NCBI GenBank assembly: GCA_012517875.1 | Contig: JAAYUB010000095.1 | Span: 787 to 64,786, forward strand | Length of the DNA stretch: 64,000 nt | Origin: Acidobacteriota bacterium | GTDB taxonomy: Bacteria; Acidobacteriota; JAAYUB01 | Direction of reading: 5' to 3' | Part shown: one piece after another, positions 37,589-46,984 of the stretch | Numbering within the stretch: position 1 is the first letter of the stretch | Layout: each line of letters starts with the position of its first letter | Notes under the pieces: generated by a model | What the model was told of the DNA's origin: nothing | Databases searched by the model: none | The model's input: only the letters and a program-made list of their open reading frames with translations | Translations under genes and position numbers: made by a program

Positions 37589-39313
37589 TCAGTCCGCCGT
37601 GAGGAAGTACATCTCCAACGGCACCTGGACGCGGGGCGGGGCCGTGTCGCGAGCCGCCACGATCTCCCCGAATTCCGTTCCGTCGAGCCGGAACACCCGC
37701 ACCATGGGCCGCCCGTCGATCCCGACGCTCAGCAGGTCATCCTCCCGGTTCCACAGCCGGGAGTGGAACGCCACGTTCTCGTAATAGATCCGGCCGGGCT
37801 GCAGGAAGACGAAGCGGGGCGCCGTCACCGGCAGGGCGAACCGGGCGTCGGACAAATTGGCCACGCGCAGGTCCCGGCGGCCGGACTGCTTGAGATAATA
37901 GCTGAAAACGGCCGGCGTTTCACCCACCAGGACGCTGCCCGGGGGCGCCTGCCGCAGGGTGCCGGCAATCGCCTCGCGCAGCTGCAGGTCGTAGCACTCG
38001 TCATGGGGGAAATAATAGGCGGCGCGATCCGCCCCGCCGCCGATCGCGTTGACGTAGAGGGCATAGAACGGGTGGGCCGCGACCAGGGCCGCCAGCGAGG
38101 CCAACACCACCAGGGCGGTCAGCGCGGTCTCGGGGATCCACCGATACACCGGGGAAGCGGCACGGAACCAGCGCGCGGCGAGCCACTCCGCCGCGGCGAA
38201 CGTCCCGTACGCCGCCGCGAGATACACCGCCGGCATGAGGCTCAACTGGTAGCGCAGGAACTTCACGCCGACAATCGAGTAGGGCACCAGCCAGAACACC
38301 AGCCAAAGCAGGACGAACATGGGGCCGGCCGCCCGCCATCGCCGCGCGCACAGCGCCGTGCCGCCGACAAACGCCAGCAGCACGAGCGGCGGCAGTTTCA
38401 CGGCCAGGGCCAGCAGGTAGAAGTACCACGGCGTGCCGCCGAACGGCGTCAGGGTGATGCTGTTGGGGAACAGGCGGTCGAACATGACGTAGCCGTGGTG
38501 CGTGACCGTGGCCTGGCCCGTGTAGGAGATGATGTGCGCCAGCACCGTCGGATGCAGGATCATGGGATTGGCCAGCAGGAACACGGCACCCATCACCGCG
38601 ACGTAGAGCAACAGCTCCCGCTTCCCGTAGCGGTCCGGCGGATACAGACCGGGGTTGCCACGGCGATGGAGGTAGAAAAACAGGAGCGTCACCGCCCAGA
38701 AGTGGGGGAAGTATTTGCTCGCCAGCATGAGGCCGAAGCACGCGGCCGACAGCAGGTAGAACATCCGCTTCCGGCGCGCGGCCTCATCCGGAGTCGTCTT
38801 CATCCGCCAGTGGAAGTAGATGCCCCACAGCAGGAAAAACACCAGCAGCGTGTCTTCCTTGGCCATCTGGTTGACGAACACCGCGTGGATGCCGACGGCC
38901 CACAGGAAGGCCGCCAGCAAACCCACCCGGCGGGAGAAAAACGCGGCGCCCACCAGGAACAGCGGGATGACCGTCAGGGTGCCCGCCAGAGCGTTGGGGA
39001 GGCGGACGGCCACCTCCTCGGTGAGCCGGCCGCCGTTCGTCCCGGCGCCCCAGCGGTTCCAGAGGTCGGCCGCGGTGACCGACACAAGGACAAGGCTTTT
39101 TAGGAGCATGGGGTGCTCGGCGTTACCGGTGAAATCGCCCTGCTGGTACTGCCGCACGGCCTGGATCTTGTTCACCTCGTCCTCGGCCAGTCCGCGCTCG
39201 GCCAGGCCCGAGAACCGGACCACGGCACCCAGCAGGACGGCCGCCAGCAGCAGGCAGACCGTCTCCCGACGGGATCCGCCCGTCGATGTGTCAGAACTTG
39301 AAATTGGCATCAT
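37589..39313 (-). CDS. GT39/GT83-type membrane glycosyltransferase (ArnT/PMT-like, GT-C fold).
   Basis: It is a ~575-aa polytopic membrane protein. The first periplasmic loop has the GT-C motif context (AEDEVNKIQAVRQYQQGDFTGNAEHPMLLK). It is co-directional with and adjacent to the ArnC-like GT2 gene. Confidence 0.75.
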   Translation of the reverse strand: MMPISSSDTSTGGSRRETVCLLLAAVLLGAVVRFSGLAERGLAEDEVNKIQAVRQYQQGDFTGNAEHPMLLKSLVLVSVTAADLWNRWGAGTNGGRLTEEVAVRLPNALAGTLTVIPLFLVGAAFFSRRVGLLAAFLWAVGIHAVFVNQMAKEDTLLVFFLLWGIYFHWRMKTTPDEAARRKRMFYLLSAACFGLMLASKYFPHFWAVTLLFFYLHRRGNPGLYPPDRYGKRELLLYVAVMGAVFLLANPMILHPTVLAHIISYTGQATVTHHGYVMFDRLFPNSITLTPFGGTPWYFYLLALAVKLPPLVLLAFVGGTALCARRWRAAGPMFVLLWLVFWLVPYSIVGVKFLRYQLSLMPAVYLAAAYGTFAAAEWLAARWFRAASPVYRWIPETALTALVVLASLAALVAAHPFYALYVNAIGGGADRAAYYFPHDECYDLQLREAIAGTLRQAPPGSVLVGETPAVFSYYLKQSGRRDLRVANLSDARFALPVTAPRFVFLQPGRIYYENVAFHSRLWNREDDLLSVGIDGRPMVRVFRLDGTEFGEIVAARDTAPPRVQVPLEMYFLTAD

Positions 39314-39355
39314 CGCTGTCGTTCCACCAGTTGATTCCGCCGGACGCACGGCGCC

Positions 39356-39883
39356 TTACGGCCCTTCCAGTTCCGGCAGGATGCGCTTTTCCCAATACGG
39401 CATCAGCAGGTCGGCGATCTGCCGGAGGTGCGCGCAGAGCCGGCGCTTGTCCTCGGACGAGACGGCCGCGAACACGTCCTGGAGAAACCGGGCGCACTTG
39501 GGGAGGAAGTCCTCCATGAGGGCGATTCCCCGGGGCGTGATCTCCGCCAGGCGCTTCCGCCGGTCCTGGGGATCCTCACGCCGTCCCACGAGGCCTTTCC
39601 GAACCAACCCCTGAACCAGACCGGTCACGTTGGCCGGGCTGACCAGCAGCAGCTCGCCGATCTCGCCCAGGGCGCACTCCTGGCCCCGCTTCATGTAGAG
39701 GAGGGTCAGCACGTCCATGGACTGGGGCGTGATCTTGTACTTGGCGAACGCCCGCTCCATGACGGACGCCAGGATGTGGTAGGTGTTGGACAGCTCCACG
39801 ACGAGTCGGATGGCCGTGTGGTCATAATCCGGGAACTGCTCGTCGAGCTTGTCGATGATGGCCTGGAGATGCTGATCGCGCAT
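39356..39883 (-). CDS. MarR-family transcriptional regulator.
   Basis: The winged-helix core is LTLLYMKRGQECALGEIGELLLVSPANVTGLVQGLVRKGLVGRREDPQDRRKRLAEITPRG. It lies immediately downstream of the RND outer membrane factor gene. Confidence 0.85.
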   Translation of the reverse strand: MRDQHLQAIIDKLDEQFPDYDHTAIRLVVELSNTYHILASVMERAFAKYKITPQSMDVLTLLYMKRGQECALGEIGELLLVSPANVTGLVQGLVRKGLVGRREDPQDRRKRLAEITPRGIALMEDFLPKCARFLQDVFAAVSSEDKRRLCAHLRQIADLLMPYWEKRILPELEGP

Positions 39884-39917
39884 GCCGTTCTCCTCGTCAC
39901 CCGCCGCCGCGCGAGGG

Positions 39918-41342
39918 TCAGGGTGCGGACGGACCCGGCTCGACGCCGCCGCCCAGCGCCTTGAAGGTCTCCACCAGATTGGCCCGGCGGGCCAGGCGGA
40001 CGTTCACCAGCCCCTGCTGGGCATTGTAGAGCGCCCGCTGCGCCACGAGGACGTTCAGGTAGCCGTCAATGCCTGCCTTGTACCTGGCCTCCGCCAGACG
40101 GCAGGTCGCCTCCAGGGTGTGGACCAGGGCCTCCTGCGCGGCCTGCTGCTCCACGAGGGTGGCCCGCAGGCTGAGCGCGTCGCTGACTTCGCGGAAAGCC
40201 GACTGGATGGCCGATTCGTACGTGGCGACGGCGATGTCCCGGTCCGCCTGCGACACCTGGTAGCTGGCCTGGCGGGTGCCCCAGTCGAAGATGGGCAGCA
40301 CCGCCTGGGGCACGAAATTCCACGAGCGGGACCCGAATTTGAACAAGTCGGCCAGGTCGCTGCTGGTCAGCCCCACGCCGGCGGTCAGGGTGATCCGCGG
40401 GAAGAACGCCGCGCGGGCCGCCTCGATGTTGGCGTAGGCGCCCCGCAGCTGGTGTTCGGCCGCCTGGATGTCGGGCCGGCGAAGCAGCACGTCGGAAGGC
40501 AGCCCGGCGGCCACCTCCCGGAAGTCGGCCACCGCATCGAGCTCGGTGGGCAGCTCGTCGGGCGGCACCGGCGCGCCCACCACCAGGTCGAGCGCGTTCC
40601 GGTCCAGGGCGATGAGGCCGTTGTAGCGGGCGATGTCCACGCGGGCGGCTTCCACCAGGGACTGCGCCTCGTGCACGTCCAGGTCGGAGGCGATGCCGAA
40701 ATCCCGGCTGCTGCGGATCAGCTCGTACGCCTTCTGCTGGGCGTCGAGGGTGGCCCTGGCCAGCCGCAGATTCTCCTGGTCCGCCGCCAGCGTCAGGTAG
40801 CTGGCGGCCACGGCGGCCACCAGCGAGATCTGGGTGGCCGAGCGGGCCTGTTCCGTGGCCAGGTACTGCTCCAGCGCCTGCTCCTTCAGGCTGCGGATGC
40901 GCCCGAAGAAATCGATCTCCCACGCGGTGGCGCCGAGGCTCAGGGTGTACTGGGCGACGGTCTCCGACTCGTCGGCACCCGACAGGTTTTTCGGCACGCG
41001 GTAGGCGTCGATGGCGGCGGCCGCGCTCACCGTGGGGTACTGCGCGGCGCGCTGGATCCGGTACAGGGCCTGGACCTTGTCGACGTTCAGCGCTGCGATC
41101 CGCAGGTCCCGGTTGTGCTCCAGCGCCCGCCCGATCACGGACTGAAGCTTCGGGTCGGTGAAGAACTCCCGCCAGCCGATCTCGGCGGCGGCGGGCGCGC
41201 CGGATCCGGTCGCGGCCGCGCCGGCGGCCGGCTCCGGCCAGGCGGCCGGCACCGGCGGGACCGGCTGTTCGTACGCCTGCCGCTTCGGGCAGCCGCAGAG
41301 GAACAGGGCCAGTCCCACCGTGAGAATGAGAATTCGGTTCAT
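39918..41342 (-). CDS. RND efflux outer membrane factor lipoprotein (NodT/OprM family).
   Basis: The lipobox is LILTVGLALFLCGC. It has the duplicated OEP-domain architecture. It is 5 nt downstream of the RND permease gene. Confidence 0.85.
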   Translation of the reverse strand: MNRILILTVGLALFLCGCPKRQAYEQPVPPVPAAWPEPAAGAAATGSGAPAAAEIGWREFFTDPKLQSVIGRALEHNRDLRIAALNVDKVQALYRIQRAAQYPTVSAAAAIDAYRVPKNLSGADESETVAQYTLSLGATAWEIDFFGRIRSLKEQALEQYLATEQARSATQISLVAAVAASYLTLAADQENLRLARATLDAQQKAYELIRSSRDFGIASDLDVHEAQSLVEAARVDIARYNGLIALDRNALDLVVGAPVPPDELPTELDAVADFREVAAGLPSDVLLRRPDIQAAEHQLRGAYANIEAARAAFFPRITLTAGVGLTSSDLADLFKFGSRSWNFVPQAVLPIFDWGTRQASYQVSQADRDIAVATYESAIQSAFREVSDALSLRATLVEQQAAQEALVHTLEATCRLAEARYKAGIDGYLNVLVAQRALYNAQQGLVNVRLARRANLVETFKALGGGVEPGPSAP

Positions 41343-41346
41343 GGTG

Positions 41347-44300
41347 CTATTCCTCCTGCGGCTGGAACTCATCCGGCGCGTGGGACGCGACCCGGCGGCT
41401 CGTTTTCCGGCCGAAGACCTGAACCACCACTACATAGAACAGGGGGATGAAGAAGATGGCCAGGAAGGTGGCGGTGATCATGCCGCCCAGCACACTCGTG
41501 CCGATGGCTTGCTGGGCGCCGGCACCCGCGCCGGCGGCCATGGCCAGGGGCAGGACCCCGAAGCCGAACGCCAGCGACGTCATCACAATGGGCCGAAGCC
41601 GAAGCCGGGCGCCCTCGAGAGTGGCCTCGATGAGACTGATCCCCTGCGCCAACCGCAGTTTGGCGAACTGGACGATCAGAATGGCGTTCTTGGTGGTGAG
41701 GCCGAGCACGGTGAGCAGGCCGATCTGGAAGTAAACGTCGTTGGGCAGGCCGCGCCAGGTGGACGCCAGCACACCGCCGATGACCCCCAGCGGCAGAGCG
41801 AACAGAATGGAGATGGGGATCGTCCAGCTCTCGTACAGGGCCGCCAGAACCAGGAAGATGGCCAGAATGGAGAACGTGTACAGCAGTCCGGTCTGGGCCT
41901 GGCCCATGCGCTCCTGGTACGACAGGCCGGTCCAGTCGTAGCCGAAACCCTGGGGCAGCTTCGCGACGATCTCCTCCATGGCCTGCATGGCCTCGCCGGA
42001 GCTCCGGCCGGGCGCCGCCTCGCCGAGGAAGTTCAGCGCCGGGAAGCCGTTGTACCGCTCCAGCCGGGGCGAGTCGTAGATCCACCGCCCCGAGGCCAGC
42101 GCGGCGACTGGCACCATCTCGCCCAGGTTGTTGCGGACGTAGAGGCGATCCAGGCCGTTGGGCAACATGCGGAAGGCGGAGTCCGCCTGGGCGTACACCC
42201 GCTTGACACGGCCGCCCTGGATGAAGTCGTTGACGTACGCGCTGCCGAAGGCTGTGGCGATGGTGGCCTGGATGGCGGTCACGCTCACCCCGAGGGTGCC
42301 GGCCTTCTCCCAGTCCGTGTCCACCTTGTACTGGGGCACGTCGGGCAGGCCGTTGGGTCGGACCGCCGCCAGCCGCGGGTCCTGCATGGCCTGCATCATG
42401 AGCAGGCCGCGGGCCTCCATCAGCTTGGCATGGCCGAGCCCGCCGCGGTCCTGCAGCATGAAGTCGAACCCCTTGGCCTGGCCGAGCTCCACCACCGCCG
42501 GCGGCGGGAACGCGAACGCCAGGGCGTTCCGGTAGCCGGCGAACACGCCCATGGCGCGGCCGGCCACCGCCTTCACTTTGAGGTCCGGCCGGTCGCGCAG
42601 CTCCCAGTCCCGCAGCTTGATGAACGACATGCCCTGGTTCTGGCCGCGGCCGGCCATGCTGAACCCGGAGATGGTCATGCAGGATTCCACGGCCTCCTTC
42701 TGCTCCACCAGGAAATGGTGCCGGAGCCTGGTCATCACCTCTTCAGTCTGCTCCAGGGTGGATCCGGGGGGGAGCTGGACCATGGCCATCATCATCCCCT
42801 GGTCCTCATCGGGCAGGTACGACGTGGGCATCCGCATGAAGTAGTAACCCATGGCCGCGACGATGAGCACAAAGAGGACGAGGTAGGGCGCCTTGACCCG
42901 CAGGATGTGCCCCACCAGCGCCTGGTACCGCTCCCGTAAAAAGTTGAAGCCGCGGTCGAACCAGAGGAAGAACGGCCGGAACAGGCGGAAGCCGGTTTCG
43001 GCCGCCTCATGCCCCTTGGCCACGGGCTTGAGGAGCGAGGCGCAGAGCACGGGCGTCAGGATCAACGCCACCACCACCGACAACATCATCGAGGAAATGA
43101 TGGTGATGGAGAACTGGCGGTAGATAACCCCGGTGGAGCCGGGGAAGAACATCATGGGGCCGAAGACGGCCGAGAGCACCAACCCGATGCCCACCAGCGC
43201 GCTGGTGATCTCGCCCATGGACTTGCGGGTGGCTTCGCGCGGCGACAGCCCCTCCTCGCTCATGACGCGCTCCACGTTCTCCACGACGACGATGGCATCG
43301 TCCACCAACAGCCCGATGGCCAGCACCATGGCGAACATGGTGAGCATGTTGATGGAGAACCCGAACAGCGCCAGCACGCCGAAGGTGCCCAGCAGCACCA
43401 CGGGCACGGCGATGGTGGGAATCAGGGTGGCCCGCAGGTTGCCCAGAAACAGGTACATGATGAGGAACACCAGAACGATCGCTTCGATGAGCGTCTTGAC
43501 CACTTCCCAGATGGCGACCTTCACGAAGGGCGTCGTGTCGTAGGGATAGACCACCTTCATGCCGGCGGGGAAGTACCGCGACAGCTCCGCCATCTTGGCC
43601 TTGACCGCGTCGGCGGTGTCCAGAGCGTTGGCGCCCGGCTCCTGGCGGACCGCCAGACCGGCCACCGGCATGCCGTCATGCTTGGAGATGACGTCGTAGA
43701 ACTCGGTCCCCAGCTCGGTGCGCGCCACGTCCCGGACCCGCACCACCGACCCGTCGGGGTTGATGCGCAGCGGGATGGCGGCGAACTCCTCGGGGGTCTT
43801 GAGCAGCGACTGCACGATGATGGACGCGTTGAGGCGCTGGCCGGGAACCGCCGGCATCCCGCCGAACTGGCCGGCGGAAACCTCCACGTTGTACGCCCGC
43901 ACCGCGAGCACCACGTCGCTCGTGGTCATGTTGTACTTGGTGAGCCGGTCCGGGTTCAGCCAGATCCGCATGGCGTACTGGGATCCGAACGCCTCCACCT
44001 CGCCCACGCCCGGCACGCGGGCCAGTGACGGCTGGATCTGGGACGCACAGTAGTCGTTCAGGTCGTGCTGGTCCAGGTCGGCGCTCTCGCTCCGGAGGCC
44101 GACGATCATCAGGTAATTGCGGGTCGATTTGCTGACCGTGACGCCCCGGCGCTGCACGTCCTCCGGCAGCATGGGCAGCGCGAGCTGGAGCTTGTTCTGC
44201 ACCTTCGCCCAGGCCAGGTCCGGATCGGTGCCCGGCGCGAAGGTCAGCGTGAGGGTGCCGGTGCCCGACGAGTCGCTGGTGGCGGACATGTACAGCATCC

Positions 44301-44523
44301 GGTCGAGGCCCGTCATCTTCTGCTCGATGATCTGGACCACGCTGTCCTCGACGGTCTTGGCCGACGCGCCGGGGAAGACCGCGGAGATGGAGATGGACGG
44401 CGGCGCAATGGGCGGATACTGGGAGATGGGCAGGTTGTAGATCGCCAGGGCGCCGCCCAGCATCATGCCGATGGCGATGACCCAGGCGAAGACCGGGCGG
44501 TCGAGGAAAAATCTGGAGAGCAT
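41347..44523 (-). CDS. Multidrug-type RND efflux permease (AcrB/MexB family, HAE1).
   Basis: It is a 1058-aa protein. The N-terminal motif is MLSRFFLDRPVFAWVIAIGMMLGGALAIYNLPISQYP. It has 12 TM helices plus two large periplasmic loops. Confidence 0.9.
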   Translation of the reverse strand: MLSRFFLDRPVFAWVIAIGMMLGGALAIYNLPISQYPPIAPPSISISAVFPGASAKTVEDSVVQIIEQKMTGLDRMLYMSATSDSSGTGTLTLTFAPGTDPDLAWAKVQNKLQLALPMLPEDVQRRGVTVSKSTRNYLMIVGLRSESADLDQHDLNDYCASQIQPSLARVPGVGEVEAFGSQYAMRIWLNPDRLTKYNMTTSDVVLAVRAYNVEVSAGQFGGMPAVPGQRLNASIIVQSLLKTPEEFAAIPLRINPDGSVVRVRDVARTELGTEFYDVISKHDGMPVAGLAVRQEPGANALDTADAVKAKMAELSRYFPAGMKVVYPYDTTPFVKVAIWEVVKTLIEAIVLVFLIMYLFLGNLRATLIPTIAVPVVLLGTFGVLALFGFSINMLTMFAMVLAIGLLVDDAIVVVENVERVMSEEGLSPREATRKSMGEITSALVGIGLVLSAVFGPMMFFPGSTGVIYRQFSITIISSMMLSVVVALILTPVLCASLLKPVAKGHEAAETGFRLFRPFFLWFDRGFNFLRERYQALVGHILRVKAPYLVLFVLIVAAMGYYFMRMPTSYLPDEDQGMMMAMVQLPPGSTLEQTEEVMTRLRHHFLVEQKEAVESCMTISGFSMAGRGQNQGMSFIKLRDWELRDRPDLKVKAVAGRAMGVFAGYRNALAFAFPPPAVVELGQAKGFDFMLQDRGGLGHAKLMEARGLLMMQAMQDPRLAAVRPNGLPDVPQYKVDTDWEKAGTLGVSVTAIQATIATAFGSAYVNDFIQGGRVKRVYAQADSAFRMLPNGLDRLYVRNNLGEMVPVAALASGRWIYDSPRLERYNGFPALNFLGEAAPGRSSGEAMQAMEEIVAKLPQGFGYDWTGLSYQERMGQAQTGLLYTFSILAIFLVLAALYESWTIPISILFALPLGVIGGVLASTWRGLPNDVYFQIGLLTVLGLTTKNAILIVQFAKLRLAQGISLIEATLEGARLRLRPIVMTSLAFGFGVLPLAMAAGAGAGAQQAIGTSVLGGMITATFLAIFFIPLFYVVVVQVFGRKTSRRVASHAPDEFQPQEE

Positions 44524-44532
44524 GGACTCCCC

Positions 44533-45771
44533 CTACTGCTTCGGCGCGGCGCCCGGCGGGTTGGCGTCGGCACCCGGCGGGCCCGCCGGCGGCGCACCGA
44601 AGGGCAGCGCCTTGACCGCCATGCCGGGCCGCACCTTCTGCAGCCCCTCGACGATTACGCGGTCGCCCGCCGCCAGTCCCGCGGCGACCAGCCACTTGTC
44701 GCCGAGCGCGCGGTCCAGCGTCAGGGCCCGCTGCTCCACCTTGCCCGCGGCGTTCACGATCCAGGCGACGGGCTTGCCCTTCGGATCGCGGGTGATTCCT
44801 TGCTGGGTCACGCAGAGCGCCTGTTCGCTGACCCCTTCCTCGACGACCGCCCGCACGAACATGCCGGGCAGCAGGATCTGCTTGGGATTGGGGAAGACCA
44901 TCCGCAGGGTCACTGAACCCGTGGTCGGGTCCACGGTCACGTCGCGGAACTGCAGGGTGCCCTCCTGCGCGTAGGTGGCGCCGTCCTCCAGGATGAGCTT
45001 CACCTTGTTCCGGGAGACGCCGTTGGAGAGGCGGCCCTCCTCGAGGTTGCGCCGTAGCCGCAGGAGATCCGCGCTGGCCTGGGTGACATCCACGTAGATA
45101 GGATCCAGCTGTTGGATGACCGCCAGGGGAACCGGCTGGTACGCCGTCACCATGGCGCCCACGGTGACGTTGGATTTGCCGATGCGCCCCGAGATGGGCG
45201 CCTTGATGGGCGTATAGGCGAGGTTGATCCGGGCGCTCTCGACGGCCGTCCGGCTGATCTCCAGGGCCGCCCGCCGCGCCGCCAGATTGGCTTCGGCCTG
45301 ACGGAGAGTGGCGCTGGCGTCGTCGTATTCCTGCTGCCCCACGGCGTGAATCGCCACGAGCCCCTGGAGGCGTTCGGCCCGGGAGCGGAGGGCCGGCAGG
45401 TTCGCCTCAGCCACGGCCAGTTCCGCCTCCGCCGCGCCGAGGGCGGCCTGGGCCTGGTCGTAGGCCGCCTGATACGGCTCGGGATCGATCTGATACAGCA
45501 ACTCGCCTTCCTGGACGTAGGCGCCCTCCCGGAAGAGGCGACTCTGGATGAGGCCGTTGACCTGCGGCCGGATCTCGGCCACCAGGTAGGCGGACGTCCG
45601 GCCGGGTAGTTCGGTGGTGAGCACCACCCGCTCGGTCTGGACCGTCACGAACGCCACCTCGGGCGGGCCCGCCGGCGGCGGCGCCGGCTGCGATCCGCAG
45701 CCCGCCAACAGGAGCCCGGCCATCATGGCCGTCGCGGCGATCACCCGATTCAGCCAGTATCGACTCGGCAT
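44533..45771 (-). CDS. RND efflux periplasmic adaptor subunit (AcrA/MexA family).
   Basis: The lipoprotein signal is MMAGLLLAGCGS. It has the MFP motif architecture. It is 9 nt upstream of the permease gene. Confidence 0.85.
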   Translation of the reverse strand: MPSRYWLNRVIAATAMMAGLLLAGCGSQPAPPPAGPPEVAFVTVQTERVVLTTELPGRTSAYLVAEIRPQVNGLIQSRLFREGAYVQEGELLYQIDPEPYQAAYDQAQAALGAAEAELAVAEANLPALRSRAERLQGLVAIHAVGQQEYDDASATLRQAEANLAARRAALEISRTAVESARINLAYTPIKAPISGRIGKSNVTVGAMVTAYQPVPLAVIQQLDPIYVDVTQASADLLRLRRNLEEGRLSNGVSRNKVKLILEDGATYAQEGTLQFRDVTVDPTTGSVTLRMVFPNPKQILLPGMFVRAVVEEGVSEQALCVTQQGITRDPKGKPVAWIVNAAGKVEQRALTLDRALGDKWLVAAGLAAGDRVIVEGLQKVRPGMAVKALPFGAPPAGPPGADANPPGAAPKQ

Positions 45772-45775
45772 ACAT

Positions 45776-45912
45776 TATCTCCTCGCTCCGCGTTCGAACG
45801 GGGCCCAGAATATCACTGATCAAAAAAATAGTCAAGTACTTAAATGTTTATTTGTGAATAAATATTATTATCAATATAATCAAATATTTAAATAATACCA
45901 TTGATGCCGTTG
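45776..45912. promoter_or_regulatory. Extremely AT-rich (~15-20% GC) ~135-bp island upstream of the acrA-like gene. It is the presumed promoter/operator region of the RND operon.
   Basis: The sequence is aatatcactgatcaaaaaaatagtcaagtacttaaatgtttatttgtgaataaatattattatcaatataatcaaatatttaaataatacc. It contains the 10-bp palindrome TATTTAAATA and several AATATT cores. It lies between the acrA start (45771) and the OmpA-family gene stop (46001). Confidence 0.5.
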
Positions 45913-46000
45913 ATTGGAACATGCTCGAACCGGACGGCTGGTTGCCGCCGTAAGCCGGCCGCGCCGGAACGCATATATTAAGATGAATGGAGCCTGGTGC

Positions 46001-46845
46001 CTAGCGCTTGACCAGCTCCACGCGGCGGTTCTTCGCACGCCCCTCGTCGGTATCGTTGGACGCCACCGGAGCCAGCGGGCCGCAGCCGAACGCGGACAGC
46101 CGCGCCGCCGCAATCCCGTGCGTTCCGGTGAGCGCCGCCACCACCGCCTTCGCCCGCGCCTCGGACAGGGCCATGTTGTGGGGGATATCCCCAGTCGAGT
46201 CGGTGTGGCCGACAACCAGCAGGGACAGCTTCGGATCCTGTTTCAGCAGCCGGGCGATCTCCTCAAGTGACTTCTCCGATCCGGGCTTGATCTCGGCCTT
46301 GTCGGTATCGAAGTGGATGCCGTAGACGGCGGCGTGGCCCGTGTCGTGGAGGTCGCCCTTCCAGATGTCTGCGCTCGCGACCACATCCTGCTGCATGCCG
46401 CCCCGCTCGACGATGACGACGTGGTAGTTGTTCCCGCTGTCGCCGATGGCCACCCGAACCCAGATCTCGTCCGTTCCCCGGACCAGCTTCAGGGTGGTGA
46501 GCCCGCCGCCGGCGGCCACGTCCTGGTACAGCACGCCGCCGCCGATCCGGGCGACGGCGTTCTGGTAGTTGCGGGCGATCTGCAGCGGCGACGGTACGCT
46601 GACGCCGTCTTTGGGCCGGTAGTCGATGCGCGTGGTGCGTCCCTCCACGGCGACGAGCCGGCCGTCCTTGCCTTCAAACTCGAAGCGGTCGAAATCCTTC
46701 TGGTCGTAGTTCTCGATGAAATATCCGGGCATGCGCGACAGCAGCGGATGGTCCTGTCCGCCGGGCGTGTCGTCCTGCGCCCGCAGCGGCGCTACGGCCG
46801 CCAGCAACACCAGCGTGCCCATCACCATCAGTCGGATTGCGTTCA
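46001..46845 (-). CDS. OmpA-family protein with an uncharacterised N-terminal domain (paralog of 52526..53368).
   Basis: It has a signal peptide MNAIRLMVMGTLVLLAAVAPLRA. The C-terminal OmpA_C-like domain is ..VVGHTDSTGDIPHNMALSEARAKAVVAAL...NDTDEGRAKNRRVELVK. Confidence 0.8.
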
Positions 46846-46984
46846 TGGTTCGTTCTCCTGGATGAGGATCGCGGATCAGCCGCCGATCCGCGAAGAGGAG
46901 CAGCATAGATAAGGTTCCACCGGAACACAAGCGGAAAGAATGGCGGGGCTCCCGGTGGCCGGAGCCCACGCACCGCAACACCGG

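Noticed and set aside
35948-39103. 1051-aa plus-strand ORF spanning the TonB-like, GT2 and GT39 region.
   Set aside because: It is antisense to three well-supported genes. Its composition is Arg/Gly/Ala/Pro-dominated, typical of non-coding frames in about 70% GC DNA.
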